Of a DNA stretch of 64,000 nt, positions 47,334 to 56,521 are shown piece by piece. This stretch comes from Candidatus Micrarchaeota archaeon (GTDB taxonomy: Archaea; Micrarchaeota; Micrarchaeia; Anstonellales; Bilamarchaeaceae). The notes under the pieces are model-generated. The model was not told the DNA's origin, did no database searches, and saw only the letters and a list, made by a program, of their open reading frames with translations. Location of the stretch: assembly GCA_016212525.1 (NCBI GenBank), contig JACRGD010000005.1:90304-154303 (forward strand), given 5' to 3'. The position numbers and the translations under genes are program-made. Position 1 is the stretch's first letter. Every line of letters starts with the position of its first letter.

Positions 47334-47831
47334 TTATTCAAACTTTCCTTTGGACAAATTGACAAACTGTGGCGCTGCGCCTTCCTTTGTCCGATCTATT
47401 ATTGCAAGTAAAAGGTCCTTTCTCATTTTTCCCGCTATGCTTAGAAGTTCGAACATTTCATTTGGTGAAATCGAGCTGTTTCGATCAATTACTTTTACGA
47501 TGTGGCTTGTCTTGTCTTCTCCAGGCCTCATTCCTTTGCGGTGTAACCTTAGAAGTCCAGTTCCATCCAGACTCGGTCGTACAATGTAGCCCATGTCTCT
47601 AAAATATTTGACAATCACGTATTTGTTTTCGAATTCCGGATCGATCTTCTTTCCTTCATCCATTATCTTTTCAAAAGGCAGTTCGATGACCTTTTTCTGG
47701 GCAAAATAAGCTCCTTCGAGAAGGCTGATTTGGGTTTTTGAGCTTTCTTCTACTCCTGCACCAAGGCTTCGTAGTTTGAGTATTGTGGTCTTGTCGCTGA
47801 TTACTATGTTTCCTTCTTTTAGTTCTGCCAT
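47334..47831 (-). CDS. endA: tRNA-splicing endonuclease, probable structural (non-catalytic) subunit
   Basis: ISLLEGAY, KYVIVKYFRDMGYIVR, MRKDLLLAII; the catalytic Tyr and His positions appear substituted. Confidence 0.8.
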   Translation of the reverse strand: MAELKEGNIVISDKTTILKLRSLGAGVEESSKTQISLLEGAYFAQKKVIELPFEKIMDEGKKIDPEFENKYVIVKYFRDMGYIVRPSLDGTGLLRLHRKGMRPGEDKTSHIVKVIDRNSSISPNEMFELLSIAGKMRKDLLLAIIDRTKEGAAPQFVNLSKGKFE

Positions 47832-47847
47832 TTTATTCGCCTTTTTC

Positions 47848-48291
47848 CTATTGCTTTCTTATGTTTTTGTTGTTTATGAGCGTTATCAGTTCTTGGGCAT
47901 CTGCCTTTGATACTTCTGTAATGTCTATTGGATTGTCACTTCCACCTGGAGTATCGATAACAAGTCTTCCCGATCCAAATATCCTTTGAACTATGTTTTG
48001 ACTATATCTGGTTTCTGTTATTTTGTTATATGGGAGGAAATATTCTTTCTGTGTTAGTAGTCCCCTTTTATACCGCAGTCCTCCTTCTTCGAGTATGACA
48101 CTTTCAAACTTCTTCTTTATCTGAAGCACTAACAAATATGCTATCAAAACTGCTGCTGAGCCTACGGCCAGTCCGATTGTCATGTTCTTTAAAAAGTCCC
48201 GGAATGCGATTAATAATATTATTATCAGCGCTTCAATTATGATTGCCTTTACTGATTTTATGATCGGGTTTGGGTGTATTACTTTTTGCAT
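47848..48291 (-). CDS. Membrane protein with a bacterial PH (bPH_2) domain
   Basis: Two TM helices; KRGLL...LPYNKI....QNIVQRIFG.G.L.IDTPG. Confidence 0.8.
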   Translation of the reverse strand: MQKVIHPNPIIKSVKAIIIEALIIILLIAFRDFLKNMTIGLAVGSAAVLIAYLLVLQIKKKFESVILEEGGLRYKRGLLTQKEYFLPYNKITETRYSQNIVQRIFGSGRLVIDTPGGSDNPIDITEVSKADAQELITLINNKNIRKQ

Positions 48292-48342
48292 GGTCGAACT
48301 ATTACAAAAAGATTATAAAAATCCCCCTCTATTGATGTAGTG

Positions 48343-48744
48343 ATGGCAGTTTTGACTATTTTTACTGATGGCGCATGCATCGGAAATCCAGGTCCAATGG
48401 GTATTGGCCTGGTTATCTATCGTGAAAGTCTTAAGGTTGAAGAGCTAAGCGAGCCCATTGGCAAAGGTACGAATAACATCGCTGAATACACTGCAGTTAT
48501 TCGGGCTTTGGAAACTGCACATGTGATGGGAGAGATGGCCGTTCACATCAAGAGCGACAGCGAACTCATCGTCCGACAGCTCAATAACGAATATAAGGTG
48601 AAAGATCCTGCCCTTAAGGCACTTAAGGAGCGCGTCGTTTCCCTTTCAAAACCAATGTCTGTTACATTTGAGCACATTCCCCGCGAAAGAAATTCCCAGG
48701 CGGATAAACTTTCAAAGTTGGCTGCAGAGCGTGTCCTAAGATGA
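48343..48744 (+). CDS. rnhA: Ribonuclease HI
   Basis: FTDGACIGNPG, TNNIAEY, SDSEL, HIPRERNSQADKL. Confidence 0.93.
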   Translation: MAVLTIFTDGACIGNPGPMGIGLVIYRESLKVEELSEPIGKGTNNIAEYTAVIRALETAHVMGEMAVHIKSDSELIVRQLNNEYKVKDPALKALKERVVSLSKPMSVTFEHIPRERNSQADKLSKLAAERVLR

Positions 48745-49886
48745 ATATCTCAAATCGATTTAATCTTGGGCCGTTTATGACCTTTGAGCACAGCAAGACT
48801 CGTCCCATTTACGACTGGTTTTGGTATAAAGAAGGTTATGCATCTGAACTTGTCGATTTTGCGCTTGATAATGAAAAGCTTTCGCCCAATCCGATCGTTC
48901 TCGATCCTTTTTGTGGAGTTGGAACTACTTTGCTTCGTGCAAAGGAGCGTGGTATCTTCTCTTTGGGAGTTGATGCATCTTCTCTCGCCACATTTGTATC
49001 TAAGACAAAAACTTCCGATTATTCCGAATCTGATCTAAACGAGGCGCTCGAATTTCTTTCCCGTCCGCTAGATGAAGGCCGAACTTCAGAATGGGAATTC
49101 GAACTATTTCCCGCACGTGCTGCATTTCCAAAGCGTAATTATTCAGAAATCCTTTCACTTCGCTCTGCTATCGATTTAGTCGAAAACGACTCGGTTTCCA
49201 ACCTTCTTCTTCTGGCCCTAATTTCCATCCTTCCACAGGCCAGCATAATCCTCAAGGATGGGGGTGTTCTAAAAATAGATAAGAAAAAAAGAGCACTTCC
49301 CGCAAAAGAAATTTTCCGACGCCGGGTTAAAAAGTTCGTTAATGATCTAAAGACTGCCAAAACGGGTTTCTGTCCCCAGGTTCTGCTTGGCGATGCCAGA
49401 AATCTCGACATCGAATCGAACTCAATAGATTTGGTTGTTACCTCTCCTCCATATCTAAATAATATTGACTACTCCAAGATCTACGGTCTTGAATTAAGCC
49501 TTCTTGAAATGAGTAAGGCTGCCGCGGCACAGATGCGTATGCGTGCACTGCGCTCTTACATTGGAAAAAATATGGATGTCCAGGATATGCCTCCCGAAGT
49601 TGGCGAAATAGGTGCCCGAATTCCGATAATCGGTACTTATTTCCGGGATATGGATCTTGTTATCTCGCAAATGTTCCGGGTGCTTAAAGACGATGGCGTT
49701 GCGCATGTCAACGTTTCCAATTCGGTTATTCACGAAACTCATGTTTTGGTCGATGAAGTGTTCGCTGAGATGGCCGAGCGTATTGGTTTTTCCCAAGTTG
49801 AAATTGTAGTTGGAGCAGAGCGGATTGCCGATGTTCGACCTGCCAAGGTCAAAACACGGGAAAGCATCGTCATAATGAGAAAATAA
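48741..49886 (+). CDS. Site-specific DNA amino-methyltransferase (probably m4C), no adjacent nuclease
   Basis: WFWYKEGY, VLDPFCGVGTT (motif I) before VTSPPY (motif IV). Confidence 0.82.
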   Translation: MNISNRFNLGPFMTFEHSKTRPIYDWFWYKEGYASELVDFALDNEKLSPNPIVLDPFCGVGTTLLRAKERGIFSLGVDASSLATFVSKTKTSDYSESDLNEALEFLSRPLDEGRTSEWEFELFPARAAFPKRNYSEILSLRSAIDLVENDSVSNLLLLALISILPQASIILKDGGVLKIDKKKRALPAKEIFRRRVKKFVNDLKTAKTGFCPQVLLGDARNLDIESNSIDLVVTSPPYLNNIDYSKIYGLELSLLEMSKAAAAQMRMRALRSYIGKNMDVQDMPPEVGEIGARIPIIGTYFRDMDLVISQMFRVLKDDGVAHVNVSNSVIHETHVLVDEVFAEMAERIGFSQVEIVVGAERIADVRPAKVKTRESIVIMRK

Positions 49887-49930
49887 CTTGTACGTATCTG
49901 TTTTAATGTCTCTATTCTCATAATCGAGTT

Positions 49931-50563
49931 ATGCGTATTCAAGATGCCGTATCTAGACTAAAAGAACTCTACCGTACTCCTACTGCAGGTCCAAATACTT
50001 CGATAACTCCTGAAGTTCCCCTTCCAAAAATCATTGCCCTCTCAAAATATATTGGTTCAGATCATGAACTTGCTCTCCAGCTTTGGACCCAAGATTTTCC
50101 CGGTACAAAACAACTAGCGATTCTTATTGACGTTCCTAAAAAAGTTACTTCTGATCAGATGGATCATTGGATAAGTCAAACACACTCTCGCGATGTCTGC
50201 GATCTCTTATGCACTACTCTTTTTGATAAAACTGATTTTTCCAAACAAAAAATTCTTGACTGGGTTAAGAGCGAGCAGGAATTTGTGCGTCGGGCTGCCT
50301 TTGTATTAATTGCATCTACTGCTGCCAGCAAGAACAAAGTGCCTGATTCCATTTATCTGAACTATCTGTTGCTAATAGAAAAATACTCGACCGATGAGCG
50401 AAACTTTGTCAAAAAGGCAGTTAGCTGGGCACTAAAACGCATCGGCAAGCGAAGTACTACTCTGTACTCTCCCGCCCTGAAGCTCGCTGAAAAATTATCG
50501 TTATCGACTAATGATACTGCGAAATGGATCGGTATTGATGCACTTAGGGAACTCCGATCTTAA
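49931..50563 (+). CDS. DNA alkylation repair protein (AlkD-like HEAT repeat)
   Basis: DHELALQLW, DVCD, EFVRRAAF, DERNFVKKAVSWAL..IGKR. Confidence 0.88.
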   Translation: MRIQDAVSRLKELYRTPTAGPNTSITPEVPLPKIIALSKYIGSDHELALQLWTQDFPGTKQLAILIDVPKKVTSDQMDHWISQTHSRDVCDLLCTTLFDKTDFSKQKILDWVKSEQEFVRRAAFVLIASTAASKNKVPDSIYLNYLLLIEKYSTDERNFVKKAVSWALKRIGKRSTTLYSPALKLAEKLSLSTNDTAKWIGIDALRELRS

Positions 50564-50581
50564 TGATAATTGCGTGATCTG

Positions 50582-51106
50582 ATGATCTACGAATTTAATG
50601 GTAAAAAACCCGGATTTGCCGCTACCTGTTTTGTTGCAAAAAGTGCTGATGTTATCGGCGACGTTTCGATTGCCGATCAATCTAGTATCTGGTTCAACGT
50701 TACGATTCGGGCTGATCTCAACTCGATCCGGGTTGGCAAACGCGTGAGCATTCAGGATAATTCAGTTCTCCATACTGATGCAGGGCATTCGATCTATATT
50801 GCCGACGATGTTGTAATTGGCCACCGGGCAATCGTTCATGGTGCATCAATTGGGAGTAATACTATCGTCGGCATGGGTGCAATTCTTCTTAGCGGTTCAG
50901 TGATCGGAAAAAATTGCATTATTGGAGCCGGATCTGTCATAACTGAAGGTACAACAATTCCCGATAACTCAATTGTTCTTGGAATGCCTGGAAAAGTCGT
51001 AAAATTCGTTTCAGAAGACCAGCTTGAGCGAATAAGAAAAAATGTTCTCGAATATGTTAAGCTTAACGATCTTTACTTGAAGATCCAAATGAATTCAAAT
51101 CGGTGA
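50582..51106 (+). CDS. Gamma carbonic anhydrase family protein
   Basis: Hexapeptide repeats; IQDNSVLH, GHRAIVHG metal His residues. Confidence 0.9.
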   Translation: MIYEFNGKKPGFAATCFVAKSADVIGDVSIADQSSIWFNVTIRADLNSIRVGKRVSIQDNSVLHTDAGHSIYIADDVVIGHRAIVHGASIGSNTIVGMGAILLSGSVIGKNCIIGAGSVITEGTTIPDNSIVLGMPGKVVKFVSEDQLERIRKNVLEYVKLNDLYLKIQMNSNR

Positions 51107-51981
51107 ATTCTCTGTTATTGGATAAAAAAACTCTTGGCGTTCTGTGTGTCCTGTTTGCGAGTGTGGCCTGGGCATTTGAACCTATCCTCGCGAAACTGGC
51201 TTATCTGAGTTCTGATGCATTATCAACTACTTTTTTTAGGTCTCTAATGATCTTTTTCTCCGGGCTACTCTACTTGATGCTTACTAATAATGGTAATATA
51301 AAAATAACTCAATCTGATCTCTCTGTATTGGTCTATCTGGCTTTCGCAGGTACTCTTTTTGCAGATTTTATTTATCTTTGCGCTCTAAGTCAAACTTCAG
51401 TTATAAATGCAATTTTGATTGGCCACCTACAACCTATTTTCATAGTTCTTTTTGGTTATCATCTCCTAAAAGATCACCTTACTCAGTATGATTATTTAGG
51501 TTTGTTAGTTATGATTGTTGCCGGCCTTCTTGTTACTGCAAAGACTGTTGATAATCTTCTTTCATTTCAATTTGGTACTTTGGGTGATTTATTTGCCCTA
51601 TTGGCGACAATCGGATGGGCAACTACCACCATCGCCATGAGTAAATTCCTTAAACATCTAAATTCCGGAGTAATTGCCTTCTATCGATTCGGTATCGCTG
51701 CTTCTCTGATTTTTATCTATCTTTTCATAACTGCCGCTCTCACCATTCCAAATATTTATCAAATTCTCCTGGGGCTAATTATGGGCATTGGAATTATTCT
51801 TTATTATGAGGGGCTAAAGAGAATTAAGTCTGCTCAGGTTGGTGCTCTCGAATTGTCCAGTCCTGTGTTTGCGGCTTTCCTGGCTTTTTTTATATTGGGC
51901 GAAACAACAACTCTTTTGCAATTTTTTGGATTTATTTTGTTGATCTTTGGCGTACTTACGCTCTCAAGAAAGGAGACTTAA
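51103..51981 (+). CDS. EamA/DMT family transporter
   Basis: About 10 TM helices in two repeats; QPIF, SPVFAAFLAFFILGE. Confidence 0.88.
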   Translation: MNSLLLDKKTLGVLCVLFASVAWAFEPILAKLAYLSSDALSTTFFRSLMIFFSGLLYLMLTNNGNIKITQSDLSVLVYLAFAGTLFADFIYLCALSQTSVINAILIGHLQPIFIVLFGYHLLKDHLTQYDYLGLLVMIVAGLLVTAKTVDNLLSFQFGTLGDLFALLATIGWATTTIAMSKFLKHLNSGVIAFYRFGIAASLIFIYLFITAALTIPNIYQILLGLIMGIGIILYYEGLKRIKSAQVGALELSSPVFAAFLAFFILGETTTLLQFFGFILLIFGVLTLSRKET

Positions 51982-52048
51982 CTAAAACATTAATTCTGGC
52001 CTGATTTCTAGTTTTATTTTATTACTTGTTGCTAACAATGTTTTAGCC

Positions 52049-52111
52049 ATGCTTATCGGTATAGTTGGTAAACCAAATAGGAAAACAGATAAACCTGATC
52101 GTTGCATTTAG
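52049..52111 (+). pseudogene. Stranded 5' stub of ychF (MLIGIVGKPN...)
   Basis: ATG CTT ATC GGT ATA GTT GGT AAA CCA AAT encodes the YchF N-terminus up to the middle of the Walker A motif, then diverges and stops after 20 codons. Confidence 0.85.
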
Positions 52112-52114
52112 TTA

Positions 52115-52297
52115 ATGGAAGACGTGAATATTTGGGAATTCAATACTCGCATCAGTATTCGTACCTCTGAGGTTTTCCTCACTAGGTTGGTTCGAAAAAT
52201 ATATCGAATTTACAAAACTCGAGATAATGCCCATGCAAATCTGGCCGGTATGAAAAAAAGCGTTTTCAATAATATGTTAAAATTAAGCTATGCATAG
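52115..52297 (+). CDS. Small ORF, probably the N-terminal part of the downstream endonuclease
   Basis: 60 aa; overlaps the next ORF by 8 nt in a different frame. Confidence 0.5.
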   Translation: MEDVNIWEFNTRISIRTSEVFLTRLVRKIYRIYKTRDNAHANLAGMKKSVFNNMLKLSYA

Positions 52298-53276
52298 GCG
52301 ATTTTTCATTCCCTTGGAAATTTGGAATCGTTTATGCGTTCTTGTTGATATCTCTCTTGAAGATCTGCAAAGAAATATTGTTGCATATAAAACTGCCGGC
52401 GGACCAAATTATGTCTCTAGTCCTATTCTGCCCGTAAAAATTACTCCCATTTTCGATATGATAATTGCCCACAATATAGCTGACGGTGGCGTGATTGACC
52501 CAAAACGGGGTAGACTTCCTTATTTTGGATACCGTCAATTCGATCCCTTATTTAGAATCTTGTATATTCAGAAAATTGAAAGCGTATTCGGTACTCTTAA
52601 TTTTCCACGATCATACTATCTAACCTCTACGCGACCCTATTGTCCCCCTGTTCTAGCAAGTCTTTTCTTTAAAATCTACAATTTAAACACGCGAAGTTTT
52701 CTTTCTCGAACTGCGAGAATTCCTCCTAGGATATTGAATAAAGATAAGCCTCATTTACTTGCAACTCTGATTGCCTTTATTATAGATGAAGGGCATGTGG
52801 ACTCAACTTTAATTTACATCAAACTAAAAAATCCTCTCTTGGCAACTGATTTGCTGAAAATTTGCGAGAAACTTGGATATTCTGCTACTCTTACAATCAA
52901 AGAAGAATATGGTGCAATATCTATCCTTCGAAGCGGAATGAAGAAATTTTTTGAAGATTATAAACTAGCTGTTCACAAATGTCCTCAACTGAATCTGGGA
53001 AAGATCGAAACGAAAATAAAAAATAGTTTCAAAATATACAATCGACCAATTTATAAGACAAAAGGCAATAAAGAACATATACTTCAGCTCATAAAGAATG
53101 AAGATCTAACCGTTAATCAAATTGCGCTTAGGATAAATATGACTCGGCAAGGAGTACGATTTCATATAAATAATCTGGAAAAAGAGCATTTGATATTTAG
53201 ATCTGGTGAAACAGGAGAGAAAAATATTGTTTATCGATACGGAGATGTATTGCATGTTAATCGGATTGGTAGGTAA
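52290..53276 (+). CDS. Free-standing LAGLIDADG-type endonuclease with a C-terminal winged HTH
   Basis: Two LAGLIDADG-like helices IIAHNIADGG and LIAFIIDEGH; C-terminal LTVNQIALRINMTRQGVRFHINNLEKEHLI; no intein splice residues. Confidence 0.78.
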   Translation: MHRRFFIPLEIWNRLCVLVDISLEDLQRNIVAYKTAGGPNYVSSPILPVKITPIFDMIIAHNIADGGVIDPKRGRLPYFGYRQFDPLFRILYIQKIESVFGTLNFPRSYYLTSTRPYCPPVLASLFFKIYNLNTRSFLSRTARIPPRILNKDKPHLLATLIAFIIDEGHVDSTLIYIKLKNPLLATDLLKICEKLGYSATLTIKEEYGAISILRSGMKKFFEDYKLAVHKCPQLNLGKIETKIKNSFKIYNRPIYKTKGNKEHILQLIKNEDLTVNQIALRINMTRQGVRFHINNLEKEHLIFRSGETGEKNIVYRYGDVLHVNRIGR

Positions 53277-54444
53277 GCCTAGTAGCGGAAAATCAACTTG
53301 TTTTCAAGCACTTACGAGCGTGCCTGTAGAGCGCTCATCGCGACCATTCACAACAATCAAACCAAATCGTGCAGTTGCTTATGTGGAAGTCGAATGCGTT
53401 GATAAAGAATTCGGAAAGCAATGCAACCCCCGAAGCGGTTATTGTGTAAATCATAGGCGCTTCGTATCTGTCGAACTTCTCGATGTTGCTGGTCTTGTTC
53501 CAGGCGCACATGAAGGCAAAGGTTTGGGTAATAAATTCCTGGATGATCTAAGACAAGCAGACATCCTCATCAATGTCGTCGATGCGAGTGGTTCAACCAA
53601 TGAAGTTGGCGAAAAAGTTCCAACTGGCAGCTATGATCCATGCAACGATGTCCGATTCTTAGAGCAGGAGCTCGATTTCTGGATTAGCGGCATTTTGGAT
53701 AACAACTGGGCCAAACTCGTCCGGGAAGGAAACCTAAAAAAGAAAAAAAATGAAGAGATCATCGCAGAACAATTTAGTGGCCTTGGGATGGGTCGAGACG
53801 TGGTTTCACGCGTTCTAAGAGAACTTAAATTAGAAGAAAAAGTACTTTCCGAATGGACTCCTGAAGAAAAACTTTCACTTGGAAGAACTCTTCGGCGAAT
53901 TGGTAAACCCATAATCATCGCAGCGAACAAGTGCGATCTTTCAACTGGTTGGGACAACTATCAAAAACTAAAGAAAACCTTTCCTGATTATCTGGTTATC
54001 CCATGTTCTGCCGAGGCAGAAATAGCCCTTAAGGGCGCAGCAAAGGCAGGCTTCCTTGATTACATTCCCGGAGATAAGACCTTTACTATGAAGGGCGACT
54101 TGAACGAACAGCAAAAACAAGCCCTCACAATACTCAAAGCGGTCTGCGAGAAATATTCCGGAACCGGAATTCAAGGATGTCTTAATGCCGCTGTATTTGA
54201 TTTCCTAAAATACATTGCAATTTTCCCCGGCGGTGGAGATCTAGTTGATAGTCAGGGACGTACTTTGCCCGACTGTTTCCTGCTTCCCGGAAAAACTACT
54301 GCACTGGATTTTGCATTCAAGTTGCATAGCGATATAGGAAACGGTTTTATCGGTGCAGTTGATTATAAGACCCGCCAGAAGGTAGGTCGCGACCATCAGC
54401 TCAAACACCGGGACGTAATCGAGATTCTTTTCAAGAAACCCTGA
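53254..54444 (+). CDS. ychF: Redox-regulated ATPase/GTPase YchF (Obg family, archaeal type)
   Basis: GKPSSGKST, PFTTIKPN, DVAGLVPGAHEGKGLGNKFLDDLR, NKCD, TGS domain. Start ATG 53254 follows GGAGATG. Confidence 0.93.
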   Translation: MLIGLVGKPSSGKSTCFQALTSVPVERSSRPFTTIKPNRAVAYVEVECVDKEFGKQCNPRSGYCVNHRRFVSVELLDVAGLVPGAHEGKGLGNKFLDDLRQADILINVVDASGSTNEVGEKVPTGSYDPCNDVRFLEQELDFWISGILDNNWAKLVREGNLKKKKNEEIIAEQFSGLGMGRDVVSRVLRELKLEEKVLSEWTPEEKLSLGRTLRRIGKPIIIAANKCDLSTGWDNYQKLKKTFPDYLVIPCSAEAEIALKGAAKAGFLDYIPGDKTFTMKGDLNEQQKQALTILKAVCEKYSGTGIQGCLNAAVFDFLKYIAIFPGGGDLVDSQGRTLPDCFLLPGKTTALDFAFKLHSDIGNGFIGAVDYKTRQKVGRDHQLKHRDVIEILFKKP

Positions 54445-54448
54445 TCTA

Positions 54449-55183
54449 ATGTCATCCAATTCGCGGCTCGCAACCCTTAGGAAATTTGAACTGGCATTGT
54501 CCTCGCATACCTATCTTGCATCGCTTTTTGATCTTGATGCGCGAGACTGGTCAACTGCCCTTTCAAGTCGCAATGCTTCCTTTCTGGCATTTAGGCGTCA
54601 GATTCCTCTTACTGAGTCTGCTGCTTTAGTTGTGATTGGAGCAATGGTTGATCCATTTAAGTTCAAACCTACTGTGATCTCTGCCCTTGGGCGTCTTTAT
54701 GCAGCTTCAACTGAAACTGATCCTTCTGTTCGTTTATCTGCTATCCTAAACTTTGCTGATTTTGAAGCCGGAAAAATCAGTGCCTCTATCAAATTTTCCG
54801 CACTGCCCGATGATTTTGATGTATTGTGTTCTGCAGTATTTCCAAACCACAATATGCTTAATCAATTCAATCCTGATCTTCCCATTTTGCCCTTGGGAGA
54901 CTTGTCTTCTCTTATCGATCGTGCGAACTTGGCTTTGGAAAGTCTTAAGGTTTTGCTTTCTGATGCCTCCTTTGCATCTCTTGTTGTTGCATATCGTCGT
55001 CTAGCACAGACTCGTAGTTTCAAAGCGGATCCTCACGATACTCTGATCTCTACTTCGGACGGGGCTACTTTTGATAATAGTCCTGGTGGTTTTGTTAGTG
55101 CATCTGCCCATTCTCTTGACCTAATTGGTGCATTGCCCGAGTATGTAACTCTCGCCTCAATAATCCCTCAAAAAGATTCGTGA
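54449..55183 (+). CDS. Hypothetical protein
   Basis: 244-aa ORF, no motif recognised. Confidence 0.55.
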   Translation: MSSNSRLATLRKFELALSSHTYLASLFDLDARDWSTALSSRNASFLAFRRQIPLTESAALVVIGAMVDPFKFKPTVISALGRLYAASTETDPSVRLSAILNFADFEAGKISASIKFSALPDDFDVLCSAVFPNHNMLNQFNPDLPILPLGDLSSLIDRANLALESLKVLLSDASFASLVVAYRRLAQTRSFKADPHDTLISTSDGATFDNSPGGFVSASAHSLDLIGALPEYVTLASIIPQKDS

Positions 55184-55225
55184 TCTGCGTATCTGTCTTA
55201 AATTCATTTGTTCATCTTCTTTCTT

Positions 55226-55636
55226 ATGATTCTTGTATTATCTGCATATCCTGATCTAAAGTCTGCCGAATCTATGGCGCTAAAGTTAGTTCAAAAAGAG
55301 CTTGCGGCCTGCGTCAACATTGTCAAGTCTGAAAATTCAGTCTATCGCTGGAAGGGTAAAATCGAGATGCATTCTGAATACCTTTTATTTATCAAAACCC
55401 TCCCAAAGGCGTATCCACAATTAGAACTTATGATAAAAGAAGGGCATCCCTATTCTACGCCAGAGATAATCGTTCTCGAGGTAAAAGGCGGAAACACCGA
55501 TTATGTCTCGTGGATCGATTCCACCGTGCTCTCTAGGCTTTTGAGTGTACCGCTGGATTTTAGGGCGATTAAGCGCGAGGGAGTTCCAGAAAGGGAATCA
55601 ACAAGTGCCAAAAAGCCCAATACCTTATCTAGGTAA
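55226..55636 (+). CDS. cutA: Divalent-cation tolerance protein CutA
   Basis: LAACVNI, SVYRWKGKIE..E, HPYSTPEII, YVSW. Confidence 0.9.
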   Translation: MILVLSAYPDLKSAESMALKLVQKELAACVNIVKSENSVYRWKGKIEMHSEYLLFIKTLPKAYPQLELMIKEGHPYSTPEIIVLEVKGGNTDYVSWIDSTVLSRLLSVPLDFRAIKREGVPERESTSAKKPNTLSR

Positions 55637-55836
55637 TCCCGTTTGCACCTAAGTATTCCTGTTTTTCCTTTTTCTTCGTATTCAACTAATTTTAGTGCAG
55701 CTTCAGATAATCCATATTCGCCAAAGAAGCGCAATGCTTCGCTATATATCGCTCTTTTTACTGATTCCTTATCTGCATCTGGGCCTTGAAGAAGAAATTT
55801 AATGTACCTTTTTTTTAGCGCGCCTGCTTTGACCAT
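55501..55836 (-). CDS. pop5: RNase P protein component Pop5/Rpp14
   Basis: KKRYI, FFGEYG, GILRC.R, SSGTLKSL. Confidence 0.85.
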   Translation of the reverse strand: MVKAGALKKRYIKFLLQGPDADKESVKRAIYSEALRFFGEYGLSEAALKLVEYEEKGKTGILRCKRDYLDKVLGFLALVDSLSGTPSRLIALKSSGTLKSLESTVESIHET

Positions 55837-55888
55837 GACTAAGCTTTAAATCAAGGGTTTTTAATTACTTGACCGTACAACCTCTTTT

Positions 55889-56473
55889 ATGATAAGTAAA
55901 GATGATTTTCACTTGCCTCCATTTGCACGCAAACTCAAACGCGGTGGGCCAGCAACTACGCATCCTAAAGATGCCGGTCTTGTTCTGGGATATACTGGCA
56001 TAACTAAGGAATCGCGGGTTTTGGAACTGGGTTGTGGCTCAGGCTACATGACTGTTCAATTCGCATCTATTGCAAAAGAAGTTGTTTCCTATGAAAAAAG
56101 GGAAGAATTTCTAGTTCTTGCCAAAGAGAATGTTCAGAAAAATCACCTGGATAATGTGACTTTTAATCATAAGGATGTTCATGAAGGCATATCCGAAACT
56201 CCCGACTCGTTCGATTTGGTTTTTGTCGATATTGCCGATGCCGAGCGGATCGTTCCGGTTGCACATTCGCTTCTTAAGAAAGGTGGCTATTTAGTTGGCC
56301 ATTGCCTCCAGATGGACCAGGCTAGAAAATTACAGTTAGAACTTCAAAAACAGTTTTCAGAATCCTTCTCCTTAGAGTCCTCAATTCGGGAATTTGAAGC
56401 CCGTGAGTTCGGCTTTAGACCCCAGCATTTTGGGCTTACATATACTGCAATTATGGTATTTGGACGAAAATGA
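55889..56473 (+). CDS. trmI: tRNA (adenine-N1) methyltransferase TrmI-like
   Basis: KRGGP...PKDAG, VLELGCGSG, SYEKREEF, FDLVFVD, FRP. Confidence 0.82.
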   Translation: MISKDDFHLPPFARKLKRGGPATTHPKDAGLVLGYTGITKESRVLELGCGSGYMTVQFASIAKEVVSYEKREEFLVLAKENVQKNHLDNVTFNHKDVHEGISETPDSFDLVFVDIADAERIVPVAHSLLKKGGYLVGHCLQMDQARKLQLELQKQFSESFSLESSIREFEAREFGFRPQHFGLTYTAIMVFGRK

Positions 56474-56521
56474 CAATCCTCTTTATTATTAAGTTTTTCT
56501 GCAGATAGCTTAGTGATATTT

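Noticed and set aside
52290..53276. Intein or group I intron within ychF
   Set aside because: The ORF is not in frame with either ychF piece, lacks N-terminal Cys/Ser and C-terminal His-Asn, and the downstream ychF has its own complete start. An RNA intron is not formally excluded but is not needed.
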